Shown: positions 1 through 13,830, counted from the stretch's first letter. The stretch: 64,000 nt of DNA from Octopus sinensis (GCF_006345805.1 NC_043007.1:60388001-60452000), one strand, 5' to 3'. The notes: a model not told the origin generated them from the letters alone. Program-made: numbers and translations.

Positions 1-2716
1 TGTGTTTTTGACATCTATTTGGTGGACATGTGTCTATACATACATGCATACCTATATATATAAATATTTATATATCATCATTATTTTAATGTCTATTCTT
101 CCAAGCTTGCATGATTGTAACATTTGTTTACAACAATTATCACGTGATGACATGGCTAGGAGACAGCAACACATGTACTCACACATATACTGATAGATCT
201 ATATAGATAGACAGACAGACAGACAGACAATCTGTGTCTCAACATTTAGAGAGAACACATTGATTTGTTGTTTATAGTTTAGGATTTTTTATTACCACAT
301 CAGTCAGTTGACCTGTATTATCCATTCTGATAACAGTTGTAACCCATAGTACTGTCAGGCAATCTTTTTCTAAATGATTTTTGTAATTGTAACTTTTCTT
401 GATTGTTTAAATTTCTAAGTACCTCAGTATTTTCTAATAAATTTATATTTCCATCAATAGTTAAAATTCACATACTTGACATGATTTCATTCTCTTCATC
501 CTTTAAAATGTTTTTTTTTTTTTTGTTTTGCCATATCACATGCATATAGAAATCAATTCTGTAGCACAGCTTTCACCTCTTATCTTCAATATTGCAGCTA
601 AGTCTAATGCTTCATTGTTGATTTGTTTCTTTGTATCTATGAGTCTTCCTTGATAGATACTATCCATTGTGAGTTTATTTCTCCTATTCAGTTTTCATTA
701 TATTTTGATTTTGTCATCATTATCATCATCCTCCTTTAACATCTGTATTCTATACTGCTGTGAGTTGAATGGTTCAACTGGGCCTGACTGAAAGTTGTGT
801 TGGTCTTTAGTGTCTGCTTTGAAAAAGTTTCTACAGCTGGATGCCCTTCCAATGCAAACCACTTTACAGATTGTACCCTGTGCTTTTTACATAGTACCAG
901 CACTAATGGGAGTACCAAGTAATTCACAAGACTAGACTCACTGAGTGGGGTGCAAAACTGAGGGAGGTGGCTTTGTTCCAGGTGTAGAGAGGCTAAAGTA
1001 GAAAAGGGTATCCCAACAGAAAAGGGAGAAAGGATAGTAGAGATGAGATACGAGGGTGTGTCTTCAAAGTACAAGAAGTTGAATAGAGAATAGGGGCTGA
1101 GAATCAAGGGCAGCTGAGTGGGTTGGTAAAAGATATGAAGTGAGAGGGAGATGGAAGATACACAGTGTCAGAGACAGAAGCTACATATACATAGGAGAGG
1201 ATATAGTGAGTTACAAAAAGGAGAATTGATGGCACAGATGAAAGGGTGTTCAGGAGAAATGGACATTGAGTGGACACGTGGTGGTAAGGGATGATGTTGG
1301 GCGTGCACATCCCTTATTCCTGTTAATTTCCTTGTGTGCTGTTGTCTTGCCTGTTCCTATGTTGAGTTGGAATTTCATTGTGTTTAGTTTTGAAAGCATT
1401 TTTGTTTTTATTTAAGTAAGTTTGTTCTGTAAGTGTAAGATTATAGAAGAATTCACTAAGTTGGTTTGCTATAAGGAGTGCAATGATGTAATTATGAGAT
1501 TGTAAAAATGTAGAACTCTGTAGCAGCAAGCTGGAGAACTAAGAGTAAATGTTTTTAATAGAATTTGCAATGTAGATCTTGTGCAAATAGTTTTAAATTA
1601 AGAATGACTAATTTAAAGCTGGCTTTTATTTTCATTAAAAATAACCCACTGTTTCTATTTACAACCAGTAAGCATCAGTCTTTTAGTTGTTTGCTCTGTA
1701 AGCTATGAGCAGCCTTTTTGCTTTTAGTCATTATTTTTATGTTATATCCTGCCAGATATGGTGCTGTGGTATTGCTTGTAACTTTTCTCAGAGAACCTGA
1801 TATCTATTCTCCCTCTAGATTAATGGAGATTAAGTGTCTTACTCAAGATTGTCTTACTCATAAACTGCAAAAAGGAACTCAGGACAATGTGATCTCATGT
1901 GATTATAGTCCTGTACTTCAACTATTGCCAGTTTTGTGTGAACAGACATATGAAATCAGCTTTGGGGTTGTTCACAACATAACTGGGTATGTTAATATAA
2001 TATAAGCAGATGTGTACATACTTATACTGATTTGAGTCTGTTGAGTTACTTTAGACTTTGCTGATAAATTAATGTTTAAACCTGACAATCAGCCAAAATA
2101 TCAGATTTACATAGCTAGCATGCAAGTAGGTTACTAATGTTGTGAAGAAGTGCTATAATGAATAGTCTTGTCACATTGTGTGTTAGAACACACCAGGTTA
2201 TCTTTAAGTTAAAGTCTTGTATTACAAATAAGTACAACTGTCACTGAGTTCTGAGCCACACATAACCACAATTCAAAGAACTAAGCACTCTTCTTTGCAA
2301 GAAATAAAGTTAAGCCTCCTTTTAGAAAAAATTCCTCTCAAAAGACTTCCAATTTACACCATGTTTTGTTTTGTTTTTTCCCCAGTTTATCAAAAAAATT
2401 TCTTTGGATAATTTTCTTTTTCAATTTTCAATCATCATGGCAGAATAAGGATTTGGTGATGTTGTTTATTAAGGTGATGTTGTTTATTAAAGATTTATTA
2501 TCTATCTTATTATTTACGTAGAGAAAGAAAGTTTCAACTTGTAGAAAATAAAGCTGTTTCAGAGTTATTTGTACACATCTGCAATCTAAGTGATTCTAAC
2601 TGGAATTTGTGTAGAGATTTATCAACATTGTATCAATGTTTTTTTGTTGAAGAATGGTATGGTTTAGAAAAAAAAACATTAATTTACTTATATATTTTAA
2701 ATGCACAATCTCTGGG

Positions 2717-3153
2717 GAGAGGAGCAGCCCGTTTCACCCGTTCCGAGTTCAAAAGTAGATTGAGGGTGCCAAGGTCCCCGGGGCCTCCAGTCGTTCGCTT
2801 TACCAGACGGAATTGCATGTCGTTCTCCCGCTGGTGCCAGCTATCCTGAGGGAAACTTTGGCGGGAACCAGCTACTAGACGGCTCGATTGATCTTTCGCC
2901 CCTACACCTGGTTCTGGACAATCGATTTGCACGTCAGAGGTGCTTCGGACTTCCACCAGAGTTTCCTCTGGCTTCATCCCAACCGGGTGTGGATCGCTGT
3001 CTTTTGGGTCCCCGGCCACCTGCTACATCTGAGTCGGTGCGGGAACACGACGATGCGCGCTGACCCGACCTAGGAACGATGCTTGGAAGCGTCGCGGGCG
3101 CGGCGACAACGACGTGTCACGTACTCGCAGTCGACTGGGACTCCTCGATCTGT
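2717..3153 (-). pseudogene. Retroposed fragment of large-subunit (28S) rRNA, D3 region and following core helices
   Basis: Reverse complement contains GAAGCCAGAGGAAACTCTGGTGGA, CTGACGTGCAAATCG, GGGGCGAAAGA, CTAGTAGCTGGTTCC, AGTTTCCCTCAGGATAGCTGG and GGTAAAGCGAA, the conserved eukaryotic LSU blocks in the correct order. GC/CpG-rich island in an AT-rich intron. Confidence 0.93.
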
Positions 3154-3550
3154 GGAGTGGCTGTGTGGTAAGTAGCTTGCTTACCAACAACATGGTTCCG
3201 GGTTCAGTCCCACTGCGTGGCACCTTGGGCAAGTGTCTTCTACTATAGCCTCGGGCAGACCAAAGCCTTGTGAGTGGATTTGGTAGACGGAAACTGAAAG
3301 AAGCCCGTCGTATATATATATATATATATGTGCGTGTGTGTTTGTGTGTCTGTGTTTGTCCCCCTAGCATTGCTTGACAACCGATGCTGGTGTGTTTATG
3401 TCCCCGTCACTTAGCGGTTTGGCAAAAGAGACTGATAGAATAAGTACTGGGCTTACAAAGAATAAGCCCCGGGGTCGAGTTGCTCGATTAAAAGTGGTGC
3501 TCCAGCATGGCCGCAGTCAAATGACTGAAACAAGTAAAAGAGTAAAGAGT
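3154..3550 (+). mobile_element. tRNA-derived SINE (family A), lacking about 7 nt at the 5' end, fused to the 28S fragment
   Basis: A-box-like TGGCTGTGTGG, B-box-like GGTTCAGTCCC, CORE-like CCTTGGGCAAGT, internal TA/TG microsatellite, (AAAGAGT)n tail; near-identical to copies at 26903 and 56651. Confidence 0.9.
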
Positions 3551-5089
3551 AATCTCTGGGTTTGAGGGGAGAGTAATTATTGTAATAAGATTAAATAACA
3601 CTAATTTGTTAGTAATGGGCCTTACAAAAACCTTTGAATGAAGATGAAAGTATATCTCAGAATTCTTTTCCAAATGGGTGCTGTGACAGAGACTTACTAG
3701 AGTACATATTCAACTCTGAGTCAGGAAATCAATGAACAGGAATTTATGTCTTGTAAATAGATGTGAAACACATAACCTACATGGAATAATGTGACATGAC
3801 AACTGGTAAAATTCAAGGGGCAAAAACCATACTCAAAATATACATTAACCATCATTATATCCTTTATTAAGTTTCATCCAAATTCACTCAATGGTTATAT
3901 TTTCATGATTTTTTTTTCTACTAATTGTATTTCATTAAAATCTCTAGTTTCTCAGGATTGGAAGATTTATAGAAAGCACTACAGGAATTTAAAAGTTAAG
4001 GCATTGTGTATTTGAAAAGTTTTTTGTGCACATTCTTCCATTGCTGATAGAGAAAGAGAGCAGAATTGTTACCATAAAATGTAGTTTAAGATAAAATAAA
4101 TAATGTGCTATGAAGAGCTTGATTAACTGGTGTGAACAGAGGGGGCAGCTGTAGAGTTTCATAAAGAAAAAGACAATAAATATGAACTAAGAAAAGTATT
4201 GTCTTTTTCAGAAATGATTGCTGAGATATCAAAAGCAATATTTCAGGCTGGTGTCATATAACATACAAAATGACTGCAAGAAAATCTCATTCTTGATGGT
4301 TGCCATAATAATGTACTTGTTAATTGTTGGATTATGCAATGTAGTTGGTTGAAATACAACCACTGGGAAACTAGTACAAGGTAACTTAAATAGCCACCAA
4401 TGAATTGTATGTTTCCAGGGATAATGCAAAAACAACAAAAATCTCTATCTTGCATTTATTTCAATCATTCTTCTGCAATATGTTGATAAAAGACAAGCTT
4501 GGTGAAACTAGTTCAGGTTTTGCAAGTAGCTACTACAAAAACTATAATCAAAGTTGGTAGATGAGCCAATCATTGATTTAGTATACTGTTGGGTATACAA
4601 ATCCTCTTATTTTCATTATAATACCAGAAGCAATCATAAGTTCAGGTCTGTATACTCATGAAGACATGTATTCTAATGATTTGATTTTAATTCCAGATTC
4701 TATTGAAGGATTGCACAACAAATTTACAAGATAAAACTTGAAAGAAAACAACCAAATTTTGCTTCCTGCTTAAGTAAGAAAACTTTCATCAGCCACAGGG
4801 AAGTAGCTGATGAAAGCTTTTAGCCATATGTGGAATACCAAAACTCAGATGGAAATTACTACTGTATTTTGTATGTATTGGTTGTTTTAAATGTGTAATG
4901 GCTTCTCAGGTGTAACAGAGAATCCAAGCTTTAGAAGCACCAGAAGCTATTTGAGCAACCATCAGCTGAAGACTGTGTAGACTCTTCCAGATGTGTTTAC
5001 TGAAAGTTAATACATTATGCTCTCTAAAGGGTATAATTTATGCCAGAAGGAGAAAGTGGTAGCAGGGTGGTTAAAGAAAGAGTGAATCT

Positions 5090-5330
5090 AGAGAACTACT
5101 GACTTTGATAGAACCTAGGGGTTACTTTCACTATGGAAATAGCAAACTCAATGAGTTTTGTATAGTTCTACTTCCACTTGATCTGAATCTATATTGAAAC
5201 TCTGGGACAATAGGGCAGTTTATGTATGACTGCAGCCAATTTAAAAGTTTGACAAATATCTTACCAACACTTGACAAGTACAGACACACTATGAAACTTA
5301 TAGTTAAACTTGGTACCTATTCCTTATAGT
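5090..5330 (+). mobile_element. Highly decayed Tc1-like transposase fragment
   Basis: gatctgaatctatattgaaactctggg resembles a frameshifted DLNPIENLW motif. Confidence 0.3.
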
Positions 5331-6469
5331 GAAATTACTATTGCAACACTCTAATCGCATGGAACTGTTGAGCTATTCCATTCATTGATAACTGATATAG
5401 TTACAACATCAATCACTGCAACCCTTACATGCTTAATGACATGTGCTGTTACACCATCAGCTCCTAGTGGGGGTTCTTCTTAATTTGTTTAGCTCTTTTG
5501 TTGTTATATTTCTGTTAAAATATACTGCCTTAGTTTCAGTTTAGTAAAATAGCTTTGTCATCATTAAATTGGTGTTTGAAACATGAATTAACACGAAATT
5601 TTGATGTAAGATTTTAATTTAGGCCACTTAAAAACAGTTTGTATCATATAGAACCCGGGACAGTCTTAGGTGGTTTATATCAAAAAAGTTAATGGTAATT
5701 TTGACTTCCTCTATACTAGATATTATCCATTTCTTCAATAAAATTGTGCTGTGATAGGTTTTCTATGACTTTCTCATTGATTGTAGATGGATTATGAAAA
5801 AGATCTGTGAAGTATACCATCTCTTCAGAAACACCTTCAGTATCATTAAAGTAAATCCATCTTTGGAGAGGAACAGAAGTTGATTGGCAAGAACCAAATA
5901 TATATATATATATATTCTAAATGTGCTCTAAAGGGGACCTAAACATGCTCTCCATTGTTTTGGTATCTTTTTTTTCAAAGGCCAGATAAATACCTGATGT
6001 GCTCAACCAGATGTATTCTTCATTACACAGGAATAGAACGTATTAAATTAGAATTGTGAGATGAACACATAACCACTAGGCCACAAGCCTTCACACATAT
6101 ATGCACACACACATATGCTTCTGTGTGTATATATTATCATATATATCTACTTGTTTCAGTCATTGGACTGCAGTCATGCTGGGGTACCATCTTGAAGGAT
6201 TTAGTCAAATAAATTGATCCTATTATGTTTTAAGTCTGGTACTTTTTCTGTCTATGTTAGGAAGGACATTGAGCTATAAAAATGATGCCAAAGCAGACAT
6301 TCAATGACAATGCAGCTCTTGGCCTCATCAAATCTTGTCAAACCACCCAACCAACCCATATCTACATAGAACATGGACATTTAATGATGAGATGAAATAG
6401 CGAGCAGTACCAACTCCCTCATCTTATTCATCATGGAACCAAATCTACTGCTAACAGCTACAGTGAAGA

Positions 6470-6990
6470 AATCCAAATGCCAATAATTTATTGTGGTACC
6501 TGCCAACCACAAATGAAAAGTTCTGTGGATGACCTAATCATATCAACATTTCAGTCTATGCAAATTTTGAAGACAATTGGTGGTATGACAGCATGAGCCA
6601 AAATGAAGTTGAAACCAAGGAATTCAAGAAATTTGAAAGTGACCTGCAAGATTTTACTTTCATGTTCTGGGAGATGTTATATCATCAACTGAGGAAAACA
6701 AAAGAAAGTGCCTAGATAAGTAGTATGATGCTTTTTCTATTAACAGAAATAGTGCATCCATGTCAGAGAGCCAATTAGATGAATGGTTGAAGAAGATAAA
6801 GGGATTAGACTTAGTAAGAGAGTTCAAAGCCTGGCTCTTCCAGCATAGGCTACTACTAAGACTTTTATGACTACTGACAATCTATGAAAGATTTATAACA
6901 TGTTGAAGAGACATGGGAAAAGGTGAGTAAACAAACATCTCCACACTGCACTTGGAATTAATAGCTTTTAGCTATTTATAGTGTATTCAA
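6470..6990 (+). mobile_element. Decayed non-LTR retrotransposon RT fragment, R2/HERO-like
   Basis: Degenerate translations MKSSVDDLI, AKMKLKPRNSRNL, KCLDK*YD and EFKAWLFQHRLLLRLL*LLTIYE resemble HERO-clade RT motifs. Confidence 0.55.
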
Positions 6991-7319
6991 ACTGGGACAT
7001 GGGTATGTTGCTGAAATCTAATTTGCATAACTGTACTATACAGCCTTTTGAAATAATTTATACATACACTTCTTTTTGCATTAACAATCAATTTTAGTGT
7101 CACTGAAAAATTAACAAAGTTATCACACCACAGATATTATCTGTCTGAATAGAGAAAGAGGGATCTTTTTTTTTTTTCTAGTTTCTGGGCAGTTTAGACC
7201 TTCATCAGACCATCATCTTCAGTCCATGGAAGAATTACTAGTTCATAATTGTTTATAGAGTATGTGAATGGCACAAAAACTAATGCATTAAGGAACCAAA
7301 TTACAAGGTTAAATATTTA

Positions 7320-7380
<61 letters not shown>

Positions 7381-7989
7381 AAGTGCTTCGGAAACATACA
7401 GAAATTGTATATATCTAATTTCATCATGAATGGGAAATATTAGTTTTCTTCTTCATCATCATCCTATTTAATAATTAATAAGTACAGTTACAGTCTGTGT
7501 ACTTACACTACTTATCTAGAGAGTACATCCCTGATATGCATAATACATCAAAAACCACATTGTTATATTTTAAACACATGCAAACATACATAAGAAAACT
7601 TATTTCATACATAGAGTTAATCATAAATATTGCAATTAATACTGAGCATTTGCACTGTCATTACACTGTTTCATATTACTACTTTCTGATATTTACATGT
7701 ATGTATGGTTGTATATCTTGTTTCAGTCATTGGAATTTGGCCATGCTGGGGTACCACTTTGGCAGGTTTAGTCAAGCAAACTGACCCCTGTACTAATTTT
7801 TTTTTTTTTGAAGTCTGGTACTTATTCTATCAGTATCTTTTGCCAAATTGCTAAGTTACAAGGACATAAATCAACACTGGTTATTAAGCAGTGGTGGGAA
7901 CAAAATTTGCTTAGTAGGTGCAAACTCAGGTCCAAATTCTTTTACAAACAAGGCTGATTTTTTTTTCAATCTTAATATCAAAACAAACA

Positions 7990-8830
7990 TAGGTAAGATA
8001 TTTTATTATTATATATGGAAAAGTAATGCTTCAAATCATTTAAAAGAATTTTCTATGCTTGCTCGTTTTGGCAATGAAATTTTCCAAGAGAATGTCCAAA
8101 AGGTTTTCATTGCTCAAGTTCTTATACATTACAGCACAGTGTATCAGACAGTGTTGCATCTTTATGGTACGGAGTCAAGTCTTCAAACAGCAAAAGTGTG
8201 CTGAACATTCTTATCACAAAGGCTTATCCATAGCCCTTTCAGAAGAATGGTACATTGGTGAACAAAATTCAATGTAGCAGTGACCAGGGCAAATGTAAAT
8301 CCAACTTCTTGGAGGACAAGGTCCAAAGAGTGGTTTCTGCAGTGTACAAAATATGTGCCAGGAAACCTATCTTTTAATCTCTTTTGTATGCCTGAAAGGT
8401 TTCCACTCATAGTGCATGCACCACCAAAGGCAAAAGCAGCATGATTTTGAGCTCAGAGAAATGTTTGGGCAACAAAAAACATCTGGAATAACCTTAGTCA
8501 GTGTCTCTGAAGTGTAGCCAGGAGGGTTATAAAAGCTGAGAAAATCTTCATGGACATCCTGGTTTTCAGAAACATAATGACAATAATTGATTCATTTTCC
8601 ATGCCAGAGCAATCACATATAACATCAATAAACATGGAATCTTCAACTTCTTTTCTGATTTCATATAGAGTATTATGAGCATATATGTCTCTAGGTCATT
8701 ATGCAAGGTATCAGATAGGAAATTAACTCGTTTAAGCTGCTGACTTATTTCTGCACCACATTCTTCAGCAAGTTCTCTTATGAGATTTGCAAAGTTTCCT
8801 GTGATATCTATTAACTTTCTGTTCAAAGAT
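7990..8830 (-). mobile_element. hAT transposase remnant (ZMYM1-like)
   Basis: MSGNLSGIQKRLK...YFVHCRNHSLDL carries the hAT C(2)H motif; GNFANLIRELA upstream; frameshifted. Confidence 0.75.
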
Positions 8831-9415
8831 GGAACTAGTAGCTTCTTTTGTCTTTTACTAAGAGTATTCCTTGATTCTTCAAATATGGAACTATTAAATG
8901 TTATTATCTTTTACTAAGGATTTCCTAAATTCTCTGATCAGGAAAGTGCTAACCACTTTTATCTTTCACTAAGTATGTTCTTAATTCTTCGATGTACTGG
9001 TAACTACTAATATCGTTTATTTAAAATATTCCTGAATTCTTTCTCTCCATAGACAGAATAGTTGGCTTACATGCAAAGCTTTGCTCAATGACATATCCAC
9101 ATGCTTAGTTATTTCTAGAAACAGCTGTAAGAAACTTTACATATAATTTCTTAACCCCTTATTTATTATTACTCTGCAATTACAATTGAATTATAGATTA
9201 TATTCTCTAAAGTGATACCACATGTTTTACTTGTCCATCTCTCTTTCTAATATATATCTACCAGCTCAATGATGAACTACTTATAACCATCTTTGATAGG
9301 CAGCTTAAACAACACCTTTGTTTCAGCTACTGTTCAAGTTGGAGTTTTAGTAGTAAACCAACCTGAACATTTACAATACACACATATTACATTATGTCAT
9401 TAGACAAAGTTTTCT

Positions 9416-9489
<74 letters not shown>

Positions 9490-9744
9490 TATAATAATGT
9501 ACGCACACACACGATAAGCTTCATTTCCATCTACCAAATCCAGTGACAAGGCTTTTGTTGACACAAAGCTATAGCAGAAGACACTTGCCCAAGGTGCCAT
9601 GCAGTGGCACTCAATCCAGAACCATGTAGTTCAGCGATTTCAGTTGTAGAACTGCAACCATGGTGGAGCATCACTTTAATTTATTTTCTAACAGCTTTGT
9701 TGTCACTTTATGACTGGAAGTTGGTCTATGATTGAGTTTGTACA

Positions 9745-9962
9745 TACATTACAGCACAGTCTATCAGACAGTGTTGCATCTTTATGGTACGGAGTCAGGT
9801 CTTCAAACAACAAAAATGGGCTGAACATTCTCATCACAAAGGCTTATCCAGAGCGCTTTCAGAAGAATGGTACATTGGTGAACAAAATTCAATGCATCAG
9901 TGACCAGGGCAAATGTAAATCCAACTTCTTGGAGGACAAAATATGTGCCAGGAAACCTATCT
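9745..9962 (-). repeat. Second diverged copy of the hAT segment 8123-8371
   Basis: Direct alignment by eye; internal deletion bounded by acaa microhomology. Confidence 0.85.
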
Positions 9963-9964
9963 CT

Positions 9965-10240
9965 GAGTGCATCCTTGAATGGCTGACTAGTCTAATATCA
10001 TTAGATGTCTTTTTGTTTAATGTTTCATTGGTGGTTCCTTTGATATTTCTGATTACTTTAGACAGGCAGTTGAACATTTGAGGACCCCCAAACATCAGGC
10101 TCATACAATAAAGTGTTTTTGCTTGTGATTTTGAAGGTGGTGTATTTGGAAGTTGACAGTATCTAACAGTTCATGCATTAAAATTCTCTCTAATTCTGAA
10201 GTTTGGAACAGGATTTTCCATACTTATGTGATAGTGTGTA

Positions 10241-10274
<34 letters not shown>

Positions 10275-12250
10275 GCATTTAAGAGAGTAGAGACAACGCT
10301 TTCAAATATTTCCAGTAGTTAAGGCTTTTAACCAAAGGTATTTTGCTGGTGAATGTTCTTTGTAACTCTTCAGTTTCTTCTATGAGACCAGATGTGTTAG
10401 GAGATCAAAGCTGTGAGCAGTAATCTAACCTGTTCAGAACTCAGGTTTTCCATAAAATTAGCCTTAACTACTGGTTCTCTTGTCACAATGGTTTGTAGAC
10501 TCCATCCTACGAGATGTCTGTATTTAGAGTTCAGTTTGGTGATGTGGCTAATGAAAGATGCATCATTTGGCATGATTACTTCTAAGTCCCATATGTCATT
10601 AGCACTTTGAATCATTCTGGCATCAAATATTGTGATGTGTGTATTCCCTCTGTAATGAAGAACCTGAAATTTTGATGTATTAAATTTCATATTGTTTTAA
10701 TCCACCCATTGATAAATGATGTTTAGCTCATTTTGAAGTTTGACAGTATCTTCTGGAGTTTGGTTAGCCATTGATGTTTTTGCATCATCAGCATAACGCA
10801 TTAGTTTGGATGAATGCACTTCTGATAGGTTGATAAATAATAATAGTCCTAGAATGATTCCTTGAGGCATACTTCTGCATGCAATATGTCTGGGGTCAGG
10901 TGCATTTCACTTAGTGATATACATATTGTCTTTTCTCGCTGTACAAGGTCTCTCTCGCTGTACAAGGTCTCTCTTGCTGTGCAAGGTCTCTAAGATATGA
11001 TAGCTTTGTTTGATTTGTGAAGTGTGAAAGACCTTGTATATTTGACATTATTATTGAATTGAGATTCTGGGATAATGACAACAATGGTGTGGTTGTGCAC
11101 TGGGATAATAGCAATGGTTGGTGATGTGTAAGAGCTATAGGTTTTTTTTTTATTTCTTTTGCCAGAGTCATCTCTATAAGAGAATTTTCTTGTTTTGGGA
11201 GGGGTTGTTGTCCGGAGTTGGTATGGTTGCACTGTTGAATATGGTTATAGTTATACAGTTTGCAGCTATTAATTTTATTATTGTACTCAGTAGATATTTG
11301 GGTGACTTCTGGGTTTCAATGAAAGTCTGTACCAACACTGCAACTGTAAGGGATGTTTTTACTGGTTCAACGAGTCCCTGGAAGATGAGTGAAGTCACAC
11401 ATCAGATATAATCTTTTATGTTGGGAATAACAACAGATTTTAAGATTCCAGGTTACATGTGTAGAAGTTATTGTGATTTAGCATGTAGTAGCAATTGTGA
11501 TGTTGTTATTGTAAGATGTGTGGTTTGGCATTGGCTGGTATTGCTTGTGTGAGTTGTGCATCTTGTTCCAGGTGAGTGGGTGAAGTTACAATCACTGTGT
11601 ATGCATAGTCTCTCACATTGAGAATAGCAGCATATTTTGAGGTTTCATGAGCTCATAAATTTTATTTTATTTACAGTTGGCAGATTTATGGAGCTGTCAG
11701 ATATACATTCAGATTGAGGTGGACAGTGGGGGAAGAAAGGAATGATTCTTCACTAATTGGAGTAGTAGCAGTGGTATTGGTAGTACTGTAGATTAGGATG
11801 ATGATGATGATGGATTCTGAGAAGAATTTGAGAGGCTTGACTGTGGAGAAGAGCTTGGGGCTGTGTTCTTTAATAGGCCATCAACTGTTCTAGTATTGAT
11901 GACTGACTTCCAATGCTGATCTTGTTGCTATTGTTTAGTTGTGGTAAGAGTGTTAGCAGGAGAACACGATGATGGTCCACTTGTGGTATTCCAGGAAGAC
12001 AAGGAAGTGGATAGCTCTTAATTGTGGAGTTTAATAGTTCATCAATTTTTCTAATAGTGAAGAGTGACTTCTAATGCTGATTTTGTTGCTATTGTTTAGT
12101 TGTGGTATGGTTAGGTGCAGTAGAACATGATGACAATGGTGATGAAGAGTCACTTGTGGTACTTCAAGGAAAGGAATAGCTGAACTGTGAAGGGCTCTTG
12201 ATTATGAAGTTTAATATTTCATCAATTGTGCTAGTATTGAGAGAGTGGCC
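9965..12250 (-). mobile_element. Decayed CR1/L2-like LINE (RT, endonuclease start, 5' region)
   Basis: Minus-strand RYADDA (about 10781-10798), MPQGIILGLLLF, MKFNTSKFQVLHY and IMSNIQGL; many stops. Confidence 0.75.
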
Positions 12251-13786
12251 ATGGTTTTTGTTACATACACACACACACATACATATAAATGTAAGATCTA
12301 AGGATCCATTCTAAATCTAAAAAACACCTTTCAGGAACAATAGAGTTTTATTGAGGCAGAAGGTTGTGGATTTTTTTGTATCGAAGTATGATAAGCTGGA
12401 AAAAATTATTTTTATATTTCACAGACAACCAGGGTTGCCGGGTATGCGAATAAGAATACAAGAGTTAAGGAATAGAGTAGGTAAGATCCGGGCTACATAT
12501 GTTTCATAGCAAGCAAAACCTCATATATCCAAGTGAGGTGTATAATGCAGGCTACTCTTCAAGCCAAAGATATCTTGATTAAATTAAAGTTTACATTGTC
12601 GCAAGGAGGTACATGCTAACACATGGAAGATTCAATCACAATTCTGACAGAATCTTCTGTGTAAAAGGGTTCTTTTTATTTATTTTAGTTCTTTGTTCTA
12701 TTTTGTGAAGAAGCCTAACTTCAAGCAACTTTTTACAGGTCAATTTTTAAACACTATTTTCTAAGCTTGAGAAAGGTAAGTAAGGGGTACAATATTGAAT
12801 TTTGTACTCTAACAATATTTTAGGGGGTGCACTTGCACCCCCTGTTCCCAGGCCCTTGGGTGGGAACAATGACACACACACATACAAGCTTCATTCAGTT
12901 TCTGTCTGCCAAATCCACTCACAAGATTTTGATCAGCTTGATGCTATAGCAGAAGACACTTACCTCAAGGTATCATGCTCTCAGATCCATTTGATGGGGA
13001 TGCAAATGTCTTACCATGCAGCTGCAGTTATTTAGGCCTGAAATAGATTCCTAGCATTCTGTACAATGTATATTATCACTATCACTGTACTTGTCTTTGC
13101 TCCATACTACCTTCTTTAGGATGGATCACACAATTCTTCACAGCTTCTTGTCATCAGGTAGACACATCAGCAGAGGAAACCCAGACAATGCTCTCAGATG
13201 GATGTTCTTCCTATCAGCATCCACTTTGAAATGGGATGAGTGCATTTAATCATGTCACCTTGTTTTGTTCAGAATTGTAAATGACAACTAATTCAGTATA
13301 TATGTATGTAGTAATGTTTGTTTATTTGTATAAAATCAATGAATCACTCAGTTTTATGCATACCCAATTATTCAAGCTCTTATGCTTATAGATTGCTGAA
13401 AAATAAGATGGTAAAGAGAACTGTTACTGATTCTTTGCTCACACTGGCTTGTCGTGCTTAGGTGGTGATACTGATTAATGAACACCAAGAATTATTTTAC
13501 CACATGAGTACCTAAATGATCTTACATGCATAACATTATGGTTGAAAGAGACGAAGTGAATCACCAATTAACACAAATAAATGTAAAATTTCATCAAAGC
13601 TAATATATATTACCTTGGCCATAAATAAATGTTCTCTACTCTTTTTGTGTATGTCTGCTGTAATCGAGGGCAATGCTGTGCTGATGTCACCCATTGGGTA
13701 CCATCTGCTCCAAAAACATGGGAGCACAACTGTTCTCTTGTCTTCAGAAGATTAAACAAAAATGTCTTTTTCTTAATGGTGTGTGT

Positions 13787-13828
<42 letters not shown>

Positions 13829-13830
<2 letters not shown>

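Noticed and set aside
2717-3153. Functional rRNA gene or contaminant contig
   Set aside because: Only about 0.44 kb, no 18S/5.8S/ITS context, and enclosed in a TSD with a host SINE.
3154-3225. tRNA genes at SINE heads (also 14090-14167, 42030-42099, 56651-56720)
   Set aside because: A/B boxes only, continuing into SINE bodies; no complete cloverleaf.
2607-3370. GC-rich ORFs of 61-115 aa (2684-3019, 3023-3370 and others)
   Set aside because: Chance translations of the 28S fragment and SINE.
10935-12240. 19-bp x3 tandem (10935-10991) and ~165-bp tandem duplication (11895-12240)
   Set aside because: Ordinary slippage or duplication inside a dead LINE.
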